Shown: positions 35,060-45,100 of the stretch, piece by piece
Position numbering within the stretch: the first letter of the stretch is position 1
Layout: every line of letters begins with the position of its first letter
Origin: Candidatus Azotimanducaceae bacterium
GTDB taxonomy: Bacteria > Pseudomonadota > Gammaproteobacteria > Pseudomonadales > Azotimanducaceae
Length of the DNA stretch: 64,000 bases
Assembly: GCA_965205545.1 (NCBI GenBank)
Contig: OZ242170.1
Coordinates: 1,649,149-1,713,148, forward strand
Reading direction: 5' to 3'
The notes under the pieces: model-generated
The model's database searches: none
What the model was told of the DNA's origin: nothing
The model's input: the letters and a program-made list of their open reading frames with translations, nothing else
Translations under genes and position numbers: made by a program

Positions 35060-38000
35060 ATGAAATTGCAGCCAACAACTGTTCTCCGTGTTGCCGCAGC
35101 CGAAATGCGGACTTCGCGGCGATTGGTCCGGTTCTGGACAATAGTTGCCGTGCTCTCGATTATTTCACTCGCGGGCTACGCGCTCTCGTGCTTGATCTTG
35201 AGTTTCACTGCCCCCTACTCACCATCTCTGGGAGCGGCAACACCGCTGTATTTGCTGGGAGGAATCGATCCCACCTTCTTCCTAGCGTTCCAAATGGCCG
35301 CTCTTCTCCTGCTCTTCGACGCCGGGCACCAACATACTAGAAACCGCATCGACGAAGTGCTCGACTCCATGCCCGTAACAAACCTGGAGTACCTCGCAGG
35401 CAGGGTATTGGGCATCTCCTTCCTGCTGTGGATGGTTGCAGCCGTGAACGTTCTGCTGATGCAAATATTCGGCGTCGTGGCCAACGCATTTAACTTCAGC
35501 TACGCCGAGCCAATTCAATTGCATTCGATCATTAATCTCTTGCTCGTTGATGCACCGGCCACCTTGCTGATCTGGGGTTCGTTCGTTGTTTTTCTCAGCG
35601 TCGTGCTGCGCATTCGCGTTCTCACCGTGGCCGTGGCATTGGCGGCCATGTTCGCCTGGTTCTTCCTGGTTCTCAATGTTCCGTACTCATTGCTGTCCAT
35701 CGTATCGGCGTCGTCCAACGACAGCCTCTTTGTTTCCGATCTGATTCCGGAAATCGCGTCATGGCAAACGATCCTGGTGCGCATAGCCACTTTGCTCGGC
35801 GCTGTTGCGCTCGCCGTTGCCGCCGCAACTGCCATGCGACGACGCGATGGCGCATCGACTCTGGCGAGCGCGTCGACCATCCTGGTTGCCGTTGGCTTGT
35901 GCGGAGGAGCGTATGCGCTGAGCGCAACTAGCGTGCTTCAGGAGTTCGGCGATCCCGCCAAGTGGCACCAAGCCCACAAAGCGAACGCCTGGTCCGGCTC
36001 CGTCGACGTTCTGGAGATTTCGGGCACCGTTCAAATCGACCCGGGGAAGCGGCTTGACATCGACCTCAATCTCACCCTGCACGTTGAAGCCGACCTCTCG
36101 GAGCAACTGGTTTTCACGTTCAATCCAGGCATGACAATAGACAGCATCGAATTCGATGGCAGCCCAAAGAGTTTCACCTTCCAGAACGGATTGCTGCAAC
36201 TTGAGGTTCAAGATGCCCCGACTCTTGACTCACGGCACGTGATGCGTGTTGTGGCGCACGGGAAACCTAACCCTCGATTCGCCTATTTCGACAGCGCCTT
36301 GAACTATATGACCGACCCCGACGTGCCCATTCGATCGGTTCGCATCCTCGGCAAAGATGGCTCTGTGTTTCGTTCCAACTTTGTCGCATTGATGCCAAAC
36401 GTCTACTGGTATCCCGTGCCGGGGCTTGTGCGTGGAGACTTTGGTGCAGCGGAACAAGGAACGGATTACTTCAACGTGAGCTTGTCGGTTGAACTTTCCA
36501 AGAAGAGTCTCCGGTTAGTCGCCACTGGCACAACGGTCCAAGACGTGAACGGTGGATCTAATTATCGAGTGACCTCAGAAATGCCAATTTCAGAAATTGG
36601 CCTGTTTGCGGCGGATTACGAAAGTACTTCGCTTGATGTTGAAGGTGTGACATTCTTCATGCATTTGCACAAACGGCATGCCAAGAACATGGACCTTACG
36701 GCCGGATTCGAAGAAGCATTCGCATCCGAAGCCGCAAACCGGCTGCAGCAGCTTAAAGAACATGGTTTGTCTGTTCCTCAAAAAGGGATTAGCTTTGTTG
36801 AAGTTCCAAATCGGTTGCGTACGGTTGGAGGGGGATGGCGAATGGACAACATGAGCTCCCTGCCTGGTATTTCGCTGATGAAGGCACAAGCATTCCCCAG
36901 GACCAATTTCGATCTCGCAATCCGATTTGCTAAGCGTCAAGAAGAACCCGAGCAAGTTCCCGAAATGCTAGCGAATCTCTTGTTTCGATACTTCGAAATG
37001 GGAGTCGGAGTAGACAATTTGTGGACTACGGCACCTGAGCATCTATGGTCACATGTCACATCAGCCACGGGCGACCATGCTGAAGCGCTAGATCAAGTCG
37101 TACTTGCATTGATTTCCTTTCTGACAAGTACTCCTCAGCAGTTCTTTTCGATTTATTCAACGTTTCACGTAGCCAATACAACCGCCGTAAGCCCCTATAC
37201 CTTGAATTATGGTGCAGACCCAGAGGGATGGGCACCTTATCAGTTTGAGGTGCGCGAATCGGAGGTGAGCTACGGTGAGCGTCAGTCAGTTTGGACATAC
37301 ATGGAGAGCAATGGACTGACCGAACTTCCAACCCCGAACGGCAATCAAAGAGACATTGAATTATTGTTGACAAAAACCAACTCAATAGCGGACGGGCTGC
37401 TTCACGCCAACGGCATCGAAAAGATTCTGGGGTGGTTGACAGCTCTTCGTCTACAGTTTGCCGGTCAGAATTACACCCTCGACGATCTGATTCAGTTCGC
37501 AAAAGAGCACGAGATCGTGTACGACCCCTTCTTAACGGAATGGTTGGAAGAAACTCCCTTGCCGGCATACGCTTTTAAGCTAGTTTCGATGGAGCGAATC
37601 GCAGACGACGAGCACGGCGGTCCTCGCTACCAAACCTCTTTAGTTGTAAGAAATGTTGGACCAATTTCAGGGTTCATTAGGGTTGAATACCCTCATGACC
37701 AAAATGTTGATCGACGGTTTCCCATCCTGTTGTCAACCGAAGGGATTCGAATTGAAGGAAACTCCGCAAGACAGATAAACATAGTCAACTCATACGTCTT
37801 GAACCGGGTAAGTGTGGTACCTCATCTCTCGCTCAATCGCCAGCCAATGACACTTTGGCCGAATGCCGAGTCCATTTCCGAAAGCCCCGACGAAGAGCCC
37901 GCTCCATTTGAAGAGAGCAGCATTTGGATTCCGAGCTCCAACGGGATCGTGGTAGACGACCTCGATTCTGGTTTTTCTGCAAACCAAACTGTTCCCAAGA

Positions 38001-38521
38001 TCACGCAATCGGCAAATCTAGGTCCATTCGATTGGTTTCGAGAGCACAGATTGGAAATAGAACTGGAAGGCGGACTGCCAAGTTGGGGTCAAGAGTATGG
38101 TTCAGGTTATTGGGGTACTACTAGGCAATTGTGGAACAGATTTGCAATTGACAGTGCATATGGCAAGTACCGAAGAACTTCAACAAGCCTATGGAACACA
38201 CATTCAACGACATTCCCTACGGTTAGTTTTGAAGCCAAGACACCAGAAGCGTCTTTGTGGAGACTTGAATACCACGTTCCGATGACTCGTTTCATTATGG
38301 GCAGACGCAACACGATGAAATACCAGTTTGTTGTGTCCAACGAGAGCACTACCTACGATGTCGAATTCGAAAGCAATCCGGAAACCCCTGGCTGGCATGA
38401 GCTCGGACAATTCCAATTGACGGCGGGTCCGGTCGGCGTGGAACTCGTGCGAGCGGTTGGTTTTGGACCTGTCTTCGCAGACGCAATCCGTTGGATCAAA
38501 GCTGGTGACACACCGCGTTAG
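35060..38521 (+). CDS. Large membrane protein, paralog 1 of 3: ABC-2-permease-like 6-TM N-terminus, inactivated M1-aminopeptidase-like ectodomain, C-terminal beta-sandwich-like module
   Basis: 1153 aa, with the ATG 8 nt after GGGAGG. About 6 hydrophobic helices lie in aa 20-290. The block order then parallels M1 peptidases (WYPVPG, YRVTSEMPISEIGLFAADY, FVEVPNRLRTVGGGWRMD at the GAMEN position), but no HExxH occurs anywhere. The C-terminus runs IVVDDLDSGF...YGKYRRT...ADAIRW. Confidence 0.7.
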   Translation: MKLQPTTVLRVAAAEMRTSRRLVRFWTIVAVLSIISLAGYALSCLILSFTAPYSPSLGAATPLYLLGGIDPTFFLAFQMAALLLLFDAGHQHTRNRIDEVLDSMPVTNLEYLAGRVLGISFLLWMVAAVNVLLMQIFGVVANAFNFSYAEPIQLHSIINLLLVDAPATLLIWGSFVVFLSVVLRIRVLTVAVALAAMFAWFFLVLNVPYSLLSIVSASSNDSLFVSDLIPEIASWQTILVRIATLLGAVALAVAAATAMRRRDGASTLASASTILVAVGLCGGAYALSATSVLQEFGDPAKWHQAHKANAWSGSVDVLEISGTVQIDPGKRLDIDLNLTLHVEADLSEQLVFTFNPGMTIDSIEFDGSPKSFTFQNGLLQLEVQDAPTLDSRHVMRVVAHGKPNPRFAYFDSALNYMTDPDVPIRSVRILGKDGSVFRSNFVALMPNVYWYPVPGLVRGDFGAAEQGTDYFNVSLSVELSKKSLRLVATGTTVQDVNGGSNYRVTSEMPISEIGLFAADYESTSLDVEGVTFFMHLHKRHAKNMDLTAGFEEAFASEAANRLQQLKEHGLSVPQKGISFVEVPNRLRTVGGGWRMDNMSSLPGISLMKAQAFPRTNFDLAIRFAKRQEEPEQVPEMLANLLFRYFEMGVGVDNLWTTAPEHLWSHVTSATGDHAEALDQVVLALISFLTSTPQQFFSIYSTFHVANTTAVSPYTLNYGADPEGWAPYQFEVRESEVSYGERQSVWTYMESNGLTELPTPNGNQRDIELLLTKTNSIADGLLHANGIEKILGWLTALRLQFAGQNYTLDDLIQFAKEHEIVYDPFLTEWLEETPLPAYAFKLVSMERIADDEHGGPRYQTSLVVRNVGPISGFIRVEYPHDQNVDRRFPILLSTEGIRIEGNSARQINIVNSYVLNRVSVVPHLSLNRQPMTLWPNAESISESPDEEPAPFEESSIWIPSSNGIVVDDLDSGFSANQTVPKITQSANLGPFDWFREHRLEIELEGGLPSWGQEYGSGYWGTTRQLWNRFAIDSAYGKYRRTSTSLWNTHSTTFPTVSFEAKTPEASLWRLEYHVPMTRFIMGRRNTMKYQFVVSNESTTYDVEFESNPETPGWHELGQFQLTAGPVGVELVRAVGFGPVFADAIRWIKAGDTPR

Positions 38522-38602
38522 TTGGCAGCGACGGCACCATTCCGCGCAAGGCTACGGCAAGAGATCCAACCAAGGATTGCTTAAGATTGCCAATCCGAAT
38601 TC

Positions 38603-41600
38603 TTGAGTTCGGAAATTGGACTTGACAGATACGTGAAACTTAGTGAAGGCACGTCGTCGAGCACCACGGGAAGCAGAATCCTTGCTGCAACTCGGGCCGA
38701 ATTTGAAAACACCAAGCGGCTCACACGATTCAAGATTCTGCGAATCGTACTTCCGCTGGCTACGCTTGTCGCGTACTCCATGTCGTGCTTTATCCATGTG
38801 TTTGTCGCGCCGTATTCCCCAACCTTTGGTGCTGCGACTCCAAAGTACCTTCTGGAGAACATCGATCCCACATTCTTCCTGATCTTCCAGCTGGCTGCAC
38901 TAGTCCTCGTTTTTGATGCACCGCACCGCCATCGGCGCAATCAAATCGCCGAGGTCTTGGATACGAAACCTGTGTCGAATTTCGAGCTGCTTATGGGTCG
39001 AGTGATTGCAACAGCGGCATTGATGTGGCTACTTGTGGTAGTCGTCGTTCTCATTCCATGCTTGATTGGACTAATTGCCGCCGTGGGCGGGTTTGATTTT
39101 GCCGAACCCCTAGCAATTGCTTCGGTTTTGAACCTTCTGTTTCTTGATGCACCCATTACGCTTCTGTATTGGTGTGCGTTTGCCGTATTCCTGACCTGCA
39201 CTCTGCGATTTCGCGTTGCTGTCTTTGCCGTGGCTACAACTTTCATGGTCCTTTGGTTCTTCTTAACCATTGAATCGCCCTATTCCGTCTTGTCATTGGT
39301 GTCGCCGTCCTCAAACGACACTCTATTCATTTCCGATTTGACACCTGAACTGGTTTCAACGCCTGTCTTTCTGGTCCGATTGGCCACGCTCTTGCTTGCA
39401 CTTGCCTTTGTCCTGTTGGCAGCCAGCTGGGTCGAGCGGAACGACGGTACATCTCGGCCGAATGTTTGGGTTGTCGCACCACTTGTTCTTGTCGCATGCG
39501 CAGGAATGTACGGCTTGGCCAGTGCGATGGTCTTTGGCGCATTAGCGGACGAAAAGCGGTGGCGTGAATTTCATGCAACTGCAGAAGAAGGACGAGAGGT
39601 AGATCTCAAGCGAATCTCAGGCACTATGCAGCTGAATGCTAGATCCCATTTGGAACTCGATCTCAAATTGGAATTTGCTACCGATTTGCAAGACTCTGAA
39701 CCCTTTGTTTTTGCCTTCAATCCGGCAATGAACATCCAATCGTTGGAATTGAACGAGTCCAATGTCAGTTACACGTTTCAAGATGGTCTCATTCAACTGC
39801 ACAACCCCAATCTGCGTGAATCGAATTCTGACCAAACATTGCGAATCGTCGCACGGGGTCGACCCAACCCCCGTTTTGCCTACTTCGACAGCGCAGTCAA
39901 TTACCTGACTGATGCCGATGTCCCGATTCAGCTAACTTCTCTATTCGGCAGGGAAAACTCCCTATTCAACCCTCGGTATATTGCATTGATGCCTGCCATT
40001 TGCTGGTACCCAATTCCCGGTCCGATCAATGGGCAGTTCATGCGTCAACAGCGTGGGTCGGACTACTTCGATGTCGATTTGAATGTCAAGTTATCGCCAT
40101 CAAATCTCTCGCTTGTCGGTACCGGAATTACGAGTAGCCAAGGTGAAGAAGCATCGACCTTCAAAGTTGTGTCTCACGCACCAATGAGCGAAATTGGCTT
40201 GTTCGCTTCGTCATTTCTTCGCCTGTCGACCGAAATCGATGGAATGACTATTGCCATGTACTTCCACAGGAGCCACAGCAAGCACCTAGCCTGGATCGGA
40301 GACCTTGAACAATCCTTCCGAACGGAAGTACAAACGTGGCTACGACGCTACGTCGACCTCGGACTAACACTGCCGCAACAATCGTTGTCGTTTGTCGAAG
40401 TTCCAAGAAAACTACGCACAGTCGGAGGAGGCTGGCGAATGGACTCGGTCGCCGCGCTTCCGGGTGTCGTTCTTGTCAAAGAACACGGCTTCCCCACAGC
40501 TCCGTTGCCCATGGGTCTAGATCGACTTGAGGAGAGAATCGCCGACCGGGAGCAACGCCAGGCAAGCCAGACTGCCCTTGTAGTGCAATACATGGCGCGC
40601 GGATTGGAAACGGACAATCTGTGGGTCAGTCTGCCTAACACCTTTTGGTCGGAAGTAACTTCTGCCACAGGAGAATACGCGCAAGCTCTTGACCAAATCG
40701 CTCGCTCCCTTATCGGGTCAATAGCACCCAATCCTCGTCAATTCTTCTCGATCTACTCAAGTTCATACGTTGCACACATGACTGGTGTAAACCCCTTTAT
40801 ATCCGGCGAATTCTTAGGGACCGTTCTTTACGACCGACCAGTGCCATCGCCCGTTCAATCGTTTGCTGACGACTATGGCCGGCGCGCGTCGGTGTGGAAT
40901 TATGTCGAGACTCTCGCATATTCGGATTTGCCTACGAACAACAATCAACGCGACCTCGAATCAATGCTGTTCAAAAGCAACGAAATTGCTAGAGGATTGC
41001 TCTCGGTAAACGGCGAGGAGAAGGTATTCAAATGGCTTTCCAACTTGCGAAGGAGATTCGCCGGATCCAACTACACACATCGAGACATGCTGGCGCTAGC
41101 CGAAGAGCATGAATTGATTGTTGATCCATTTCTTACCGACTGGATAAGAAACGCCTCGCTTCCTGGCTATATTGTTTCTCGAATGAGTGTTGATCGAATT
41201 GCCGACGATGCTAGAGGCAACCCCCAATACAAGACGAGTGTGACAGTTAGAAACATGGAGCCAGTTGGTGGATTTGTGCGACTGCAATACCCAACTGAAG
41301 AGACGTGGAGCTGGATGTTTCCCTACTACACGCAATCAAAAGGGGTTTACGTTAGTGCAAAGACTTCTACGCGCATAAACCTTATCACTCCCTATGAAGT
41401 TCGCACTGCTCGACTGCTTCCGGGTCTTTCCCTGAATCGAGGTGCGATTAGCCTACGAAAATCCTCCTCGACTATCGGTGAACTACTCGAGGGCCAGCCT
41501 CCCCCGTTTGCGCAGGCAAGCGAATGGATACCAACCTCCGACAGCGGAATCATCGTCGACGATCTCGATGCGGGATTTACAGTTACTCAACCGGCTCCCA

Positions 41601-42112
41601 ATTTGGCGCGTCCGACGTCTCTAGGTCCCATGGGGTGGTTTGCGCCTCCACGTCTCCAGTTGGAGCTGGACAGTGGTTTGCCCTACTTGGGGACCTATTA
41701 CGCACGCATTTCCGAATTCCGTGTTGCTCGCGGTACTTGGGGACGCATTGTCGAAAGCTCTGCGTACGGCAAGTATCGAAAAACAGTAGCGCAGGCTTGG
41801 ATCAAAGACAAGATCCACACTGCGCAGTTCACGACGGAGTTGCCTGAATCCACCTTGTGGAGACTCTCGTTTCATGTTCCTCGGAGTTGGCGACCGGGTC
41901 CGAATGTGGATTTGCAGTGGCAGTTCAAGATTTCCAACGAGAGCGAGAATTGGTATCGCGAATTTGACCTAGGTTCCAAAGTGCCAGGGTGGAATTCAAT
42001 CGGAGACTTCGACCTGCCCAAAGGCGCCATTAGTGTGGAACTGGCTGGCACTTCCAAACCTGGGCATGTCTACGCCGACGCAATTCGCTGGGCTAGAGCA
42101 ATCGATCCTTAG
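38603..42112 (+). CDS. Large membrane protein, paralog 2 of 3 (same architecture)
   Basis: It is collinear with paralog 1: NIDPTFFL, FDAPHRHRRN, SSNDTLFISD, RFAYFDSA, ALMPAICWYPIPG, FVEVPRKLRTVGGGWRMD, IIVDDLDAGF, YGKYRKT and ADAIRW. There is no ATG near the 5' end, so the start is either the TTG at 38603 or the GTG at 38633 (VKLSEG). Confidence 0.7.
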   Translation: MSSEIGLDRYVKLSEGTSSSTTGSRILAATRAEFENTKRLTRFKILRIVLPLATLVAYSMSCFIHVFVAPYSPTFGAATPKYLLENIDPTFFLIFQLAALVLVFDAPHRHRRNQIAEVLDTKPVSNFELLMGRVIATAALMWLLVVVVVLIPCLIGLIAAVGGFDFAEPLAIASVLNLLFLDAPITLLYWCAFAVFLTCTLRFRVAVFAVATTFMVLWFFLTIESPYSVLSLVSPSSNDTLFISDLTPELVSTPVFLVRLATLLLALAFVLLAASWVERNDGTSRPNVWVVAPLVLVACAGMYGLASAMVFGALADEKRWREFHATAEEGREVDLKRISGTMQLNARSHLELDLKLEFATDLQDSEPFVFAFNPAMNIQSLELNESNVSYTFQDGLIQLHNPNLRESNSDQTLRIVARGRPNPRFAYFDSAVNYLTDADVPIQLTSLFGRENSLFNPRYIALMPAICWYPIPGPINGQFMRQQRGSDYFDVDLNVKLSPSNLSLVGTGITSSQGEEASTFKVVSHAPMSEIGLFASSFLRLSTEIDGMTIAMYFHRSHSKHLAWIGDLEQSFRTEVQTWLRRYVDLGLTLPQQSLSFVEVPRKLRTVGGGWRMDSVAALPGVVLVKEHGFPTAPLPMGLDRLEERIADREQRQASQTALVVQYMARGLETDNLWVSLPNTFWSEVTSATGEYAQALDQIARSLIGSIAPNPRQFFSIYSSSYVAHMTGVNPFISGEFLGTVLYDRPVPSPVQSFADDYGRRASVWNYVETLAYSDLPTNNNQRDLESMLFKSNEIARGLLSVNGEEKVFKWLSNLRRRFAGSNYTHRDMLALAEEHELIVDPFLTDWIRNASLPGYIVSRMSVDRIADDARGNPQYKTSVTVRNMEPVGGFVRLQYPTEETWSWMFPYYTQSKGVYVSAKTSTRINLITPYEVRTARLLPGLSLNRGAISLRKSSSTIGELLEGQPPPFAQASEWIPTSDSGIIVDDLDAGFTVTQPAPNLARPTSLGPMGWFAPPRLQLELDSGLPYLGTYYARISEFRVARGTWGRIVESSAYGKYRKTVAQAWIKDKIHTAQFTTELPESTLWRLSFHVPRSWRPGPNVDLQWQFKISNESENWYREFDLGSKVPGWNSIGDFDLPKGAISVELAGTSKPGHVYADAIRWARAIDP

Positions 42113-42187
42113 CAGTCCCTTACGCAATACCAGTGGCACGAAAATTGCATTAAATGTCAGTGCAATAGCCTCGTGGAGTTCTAGGCA

Positions 42188-45100
42188 ATGTCCGCAGTTC
42201 CGTCCATCTCCAAGATTCTCTCTGTGGCTGCCGGAGAGGTCCGAACATCTAGGCGACAAGTACGATTCTGGACCATAGTCTTCCTTTTGTCGTTGTTTTC
42301 CCTAGCTGGCTATGGACTGTCATGCTCCTTCCTCGCCTACGCTGCAACGACCTCTCCATCCTACGGCACTGGCATTCCCCAGTACCTGCTGGGCAACATC
42401 GATCCCTCCTTCTTCCTCATGTTTCAAATGGCCGCACTGTTCCTATTGTTCGACGCGTCGCACCAGCACAAACGGGATCGCATTGCAGAGGTGTTGGACT
42501 CAAAGCCGATTTCAAATTTCGAATACTTGGCCGGTCGAGTACTCGGTACTTCCGGTTTGCTGTGGATCGTCGTAGTGTTGAACATTCTGGCGATGCAAGT
42601 GTTCGGCTGGATAGCAAAAACGACGAACATCGCTGTTGCTGATACGCTGCAGGTTCACTCGGTTCTCAACCTGGTCTTCTTGGATGCACCTACGACATTG
42701 TTGATCTGGTGTAGCGTTGTGGTCGTGCTCTCGAGCCTATTGCGCATGCGCGTTTTGGTTGCGGCAGTCGGAGTCGGGCTAATGTTCGCGTGGTTTTCCT
42801 TGGTGCTCGAATCCCCGTATTCGCTGCAGGCAATCGTTTCCCCTTCCTCAAACGACTCGCTATTCGTATCCGAATTGCTACCTGAACTTGCTTCGCCGTC
42901 AGTCCTTGCGATTCGAGTCGGTACCGTCCTAGTGGCACTAGCACTACTAGCAATTGCAACCGTAATACTTCCGCGACGTGACGAGAATGCCCAAATTACC
43001 AACTTGCTCTCACTCACCGCAGGAGGAGTTGGTGCGTTGCTGGCGGTTTGGGGTTCTTGGAACCATGTTGCGCAAGTCAACGTTGCCGACCAGTGGGCGG
43101 AGGCACACAAAAACTACAAATGGGATGCGCAAACTGATTTAGCTTCAATTAGCGGAACGGTGCGTATGGAACGCGGCCGTCTCGCCATTGACTTGATCTT
43201 GAATGTTGAATACGAAACAACCAAATCTGACGAGCTCGTATTCTCATTCAATCCCTCAATGAGTATTCAGTCTTTGGAAATGAACGGAAACTCCACCCCG
43301 TTCACATTCGAAAACGGCCTGCTTGTAGTTGAGAATTCTAGGTCGCCATCCGAACGTAGCGCATATACGCTACACATCGTTGCGCATGGCATTCCCGACT
43401 ATCGATTTGCCTATTTGAACAGTGCATTTGATTATTTGAGAGATACGAGTGTGCCGCGTCAAGCAATCGCTCTATTCGGAAGTCACGCATCGGTCTATGA
43501 TTCGAGGTATATAGCACTAATGCCAGCAGTAAATTGGTATCCGGTTCCAGGTCCGTTACAACACGGCTACACCTCACTGCAGCATGGCCTGGACTACTTC
43601 GATGTCGATCTTACTGTAGCCCTTGAAAACGACGATTGGCAATTGGTCGGGCCAACGGCATCGATTCAAATTGAAGAACAAGCCAATGCCTATCGAGTTG
43701 CCTCCGAACAGCCCATACACGCAATTGGGTTGTTTGCGTCGGATTTCGAAAGTGCGTCAATCGATATCGAGGGAACGACATTCGTCGTGTATTTGCACAA
43801 ACAGCATGCATCTGGCCTTCAATTGATTGAGGAAATTGACGAAACAGTTCGCAACAAAGCCGACACTTGGCTGCACAAGTTCGCTGAGCATGATTTAGCG
43901 ATCCCAAATCGTTTGGTCTCTTTTGTTGAAGTGCCTAGACGATTGCGGACGGTCAGCGGTGGCTGGCGGATGGATTCCATGCAAACACTACCGGGACTTG
44001 TGCTCGTAAAGGAACATGGCTTCCCCAACGTAAGAATGGATCTAGTGCAAAAGCGTCAATCCAATGACGAGGTCTCACTGTCACAAACGTTATTCGAATG
44101 GCTTGTCTATTACTCACAGCAAGGAATCGGGCCAGACGATGCGTTGTCAGGGCTAGCGGCGAAGATCTTGACCCACTCAACTTCTGCAATTGGTCCATAC
44201 GCCCAGCCTCTGGATACTGTCCTTCAATACTTGACCGCATTTGTTGGCCATGACGATGTAGACGACTTCTTTGACAGCTTCTTCAACGTTCATTCGACGA
44301 TCCACTTTGCAGACACGACCGCAATTAGCCTGTTTGAAGGAGTTACTGGCATTGAGGATGGCGTGAGCAATGCCGACGTGCCAAGTTCCATGCCCACCCT
44401 ACATGGACTACGCGAGAGGCACTCGACGCGTACATCAATCTGGAATGATTTGGAGATCGTGAGCTTTGAGGATCTTCCCACGGGCCACGGGCATAAGCGT
44501 GACCTGGAGTTTTTCCTATTCAAATGCAGAGAAATCGCTCGCGCGCTCTTTTCGATCAACGGCGAGGAGCGTGTCCTCAGATGGCTGGCAGCCGTAGTGA
44601 ACCACAAGCAGGGCAAAAACTTCACATACGACGACCTAATCACAATAGCTGAACAACACGAGATTGTGACGGACCCGTGCCTAACGCAGTGGATTTCTTC
44701 GGCTTCCCTACCTGGATACGCAGCCTCTCCCTACACCACGGTACGAATTCAAGACGACGAGCGCGGCAACCCCCAGTATCAAACAAGTGTCGCTGTCAGA
44801 AATACAAGCAATGTCGCGGGGTCCGTGCATCTGCAATATCCAACCGAAGAAACCTGGAATTGGACGCATCCATACTTAGGGAGCAGCAAAACTGTTCAGA
44901 TCGACGGAAATTCGACCAAACGAATCAATTTCGTTACTGATTACGAAATTCGAAGCGTTTACTTGAATCCGGGGCTTTCGCTAAATCGAGACATACTTGG
45001 ACTATCCAGAGATCCCTCCTCGTCCACCGAATTGACAAATCGTGAACCAGCAAGCTACGAAACGATCGATTCGTGGTTGCCACCATTCGAAGAAGGAATC

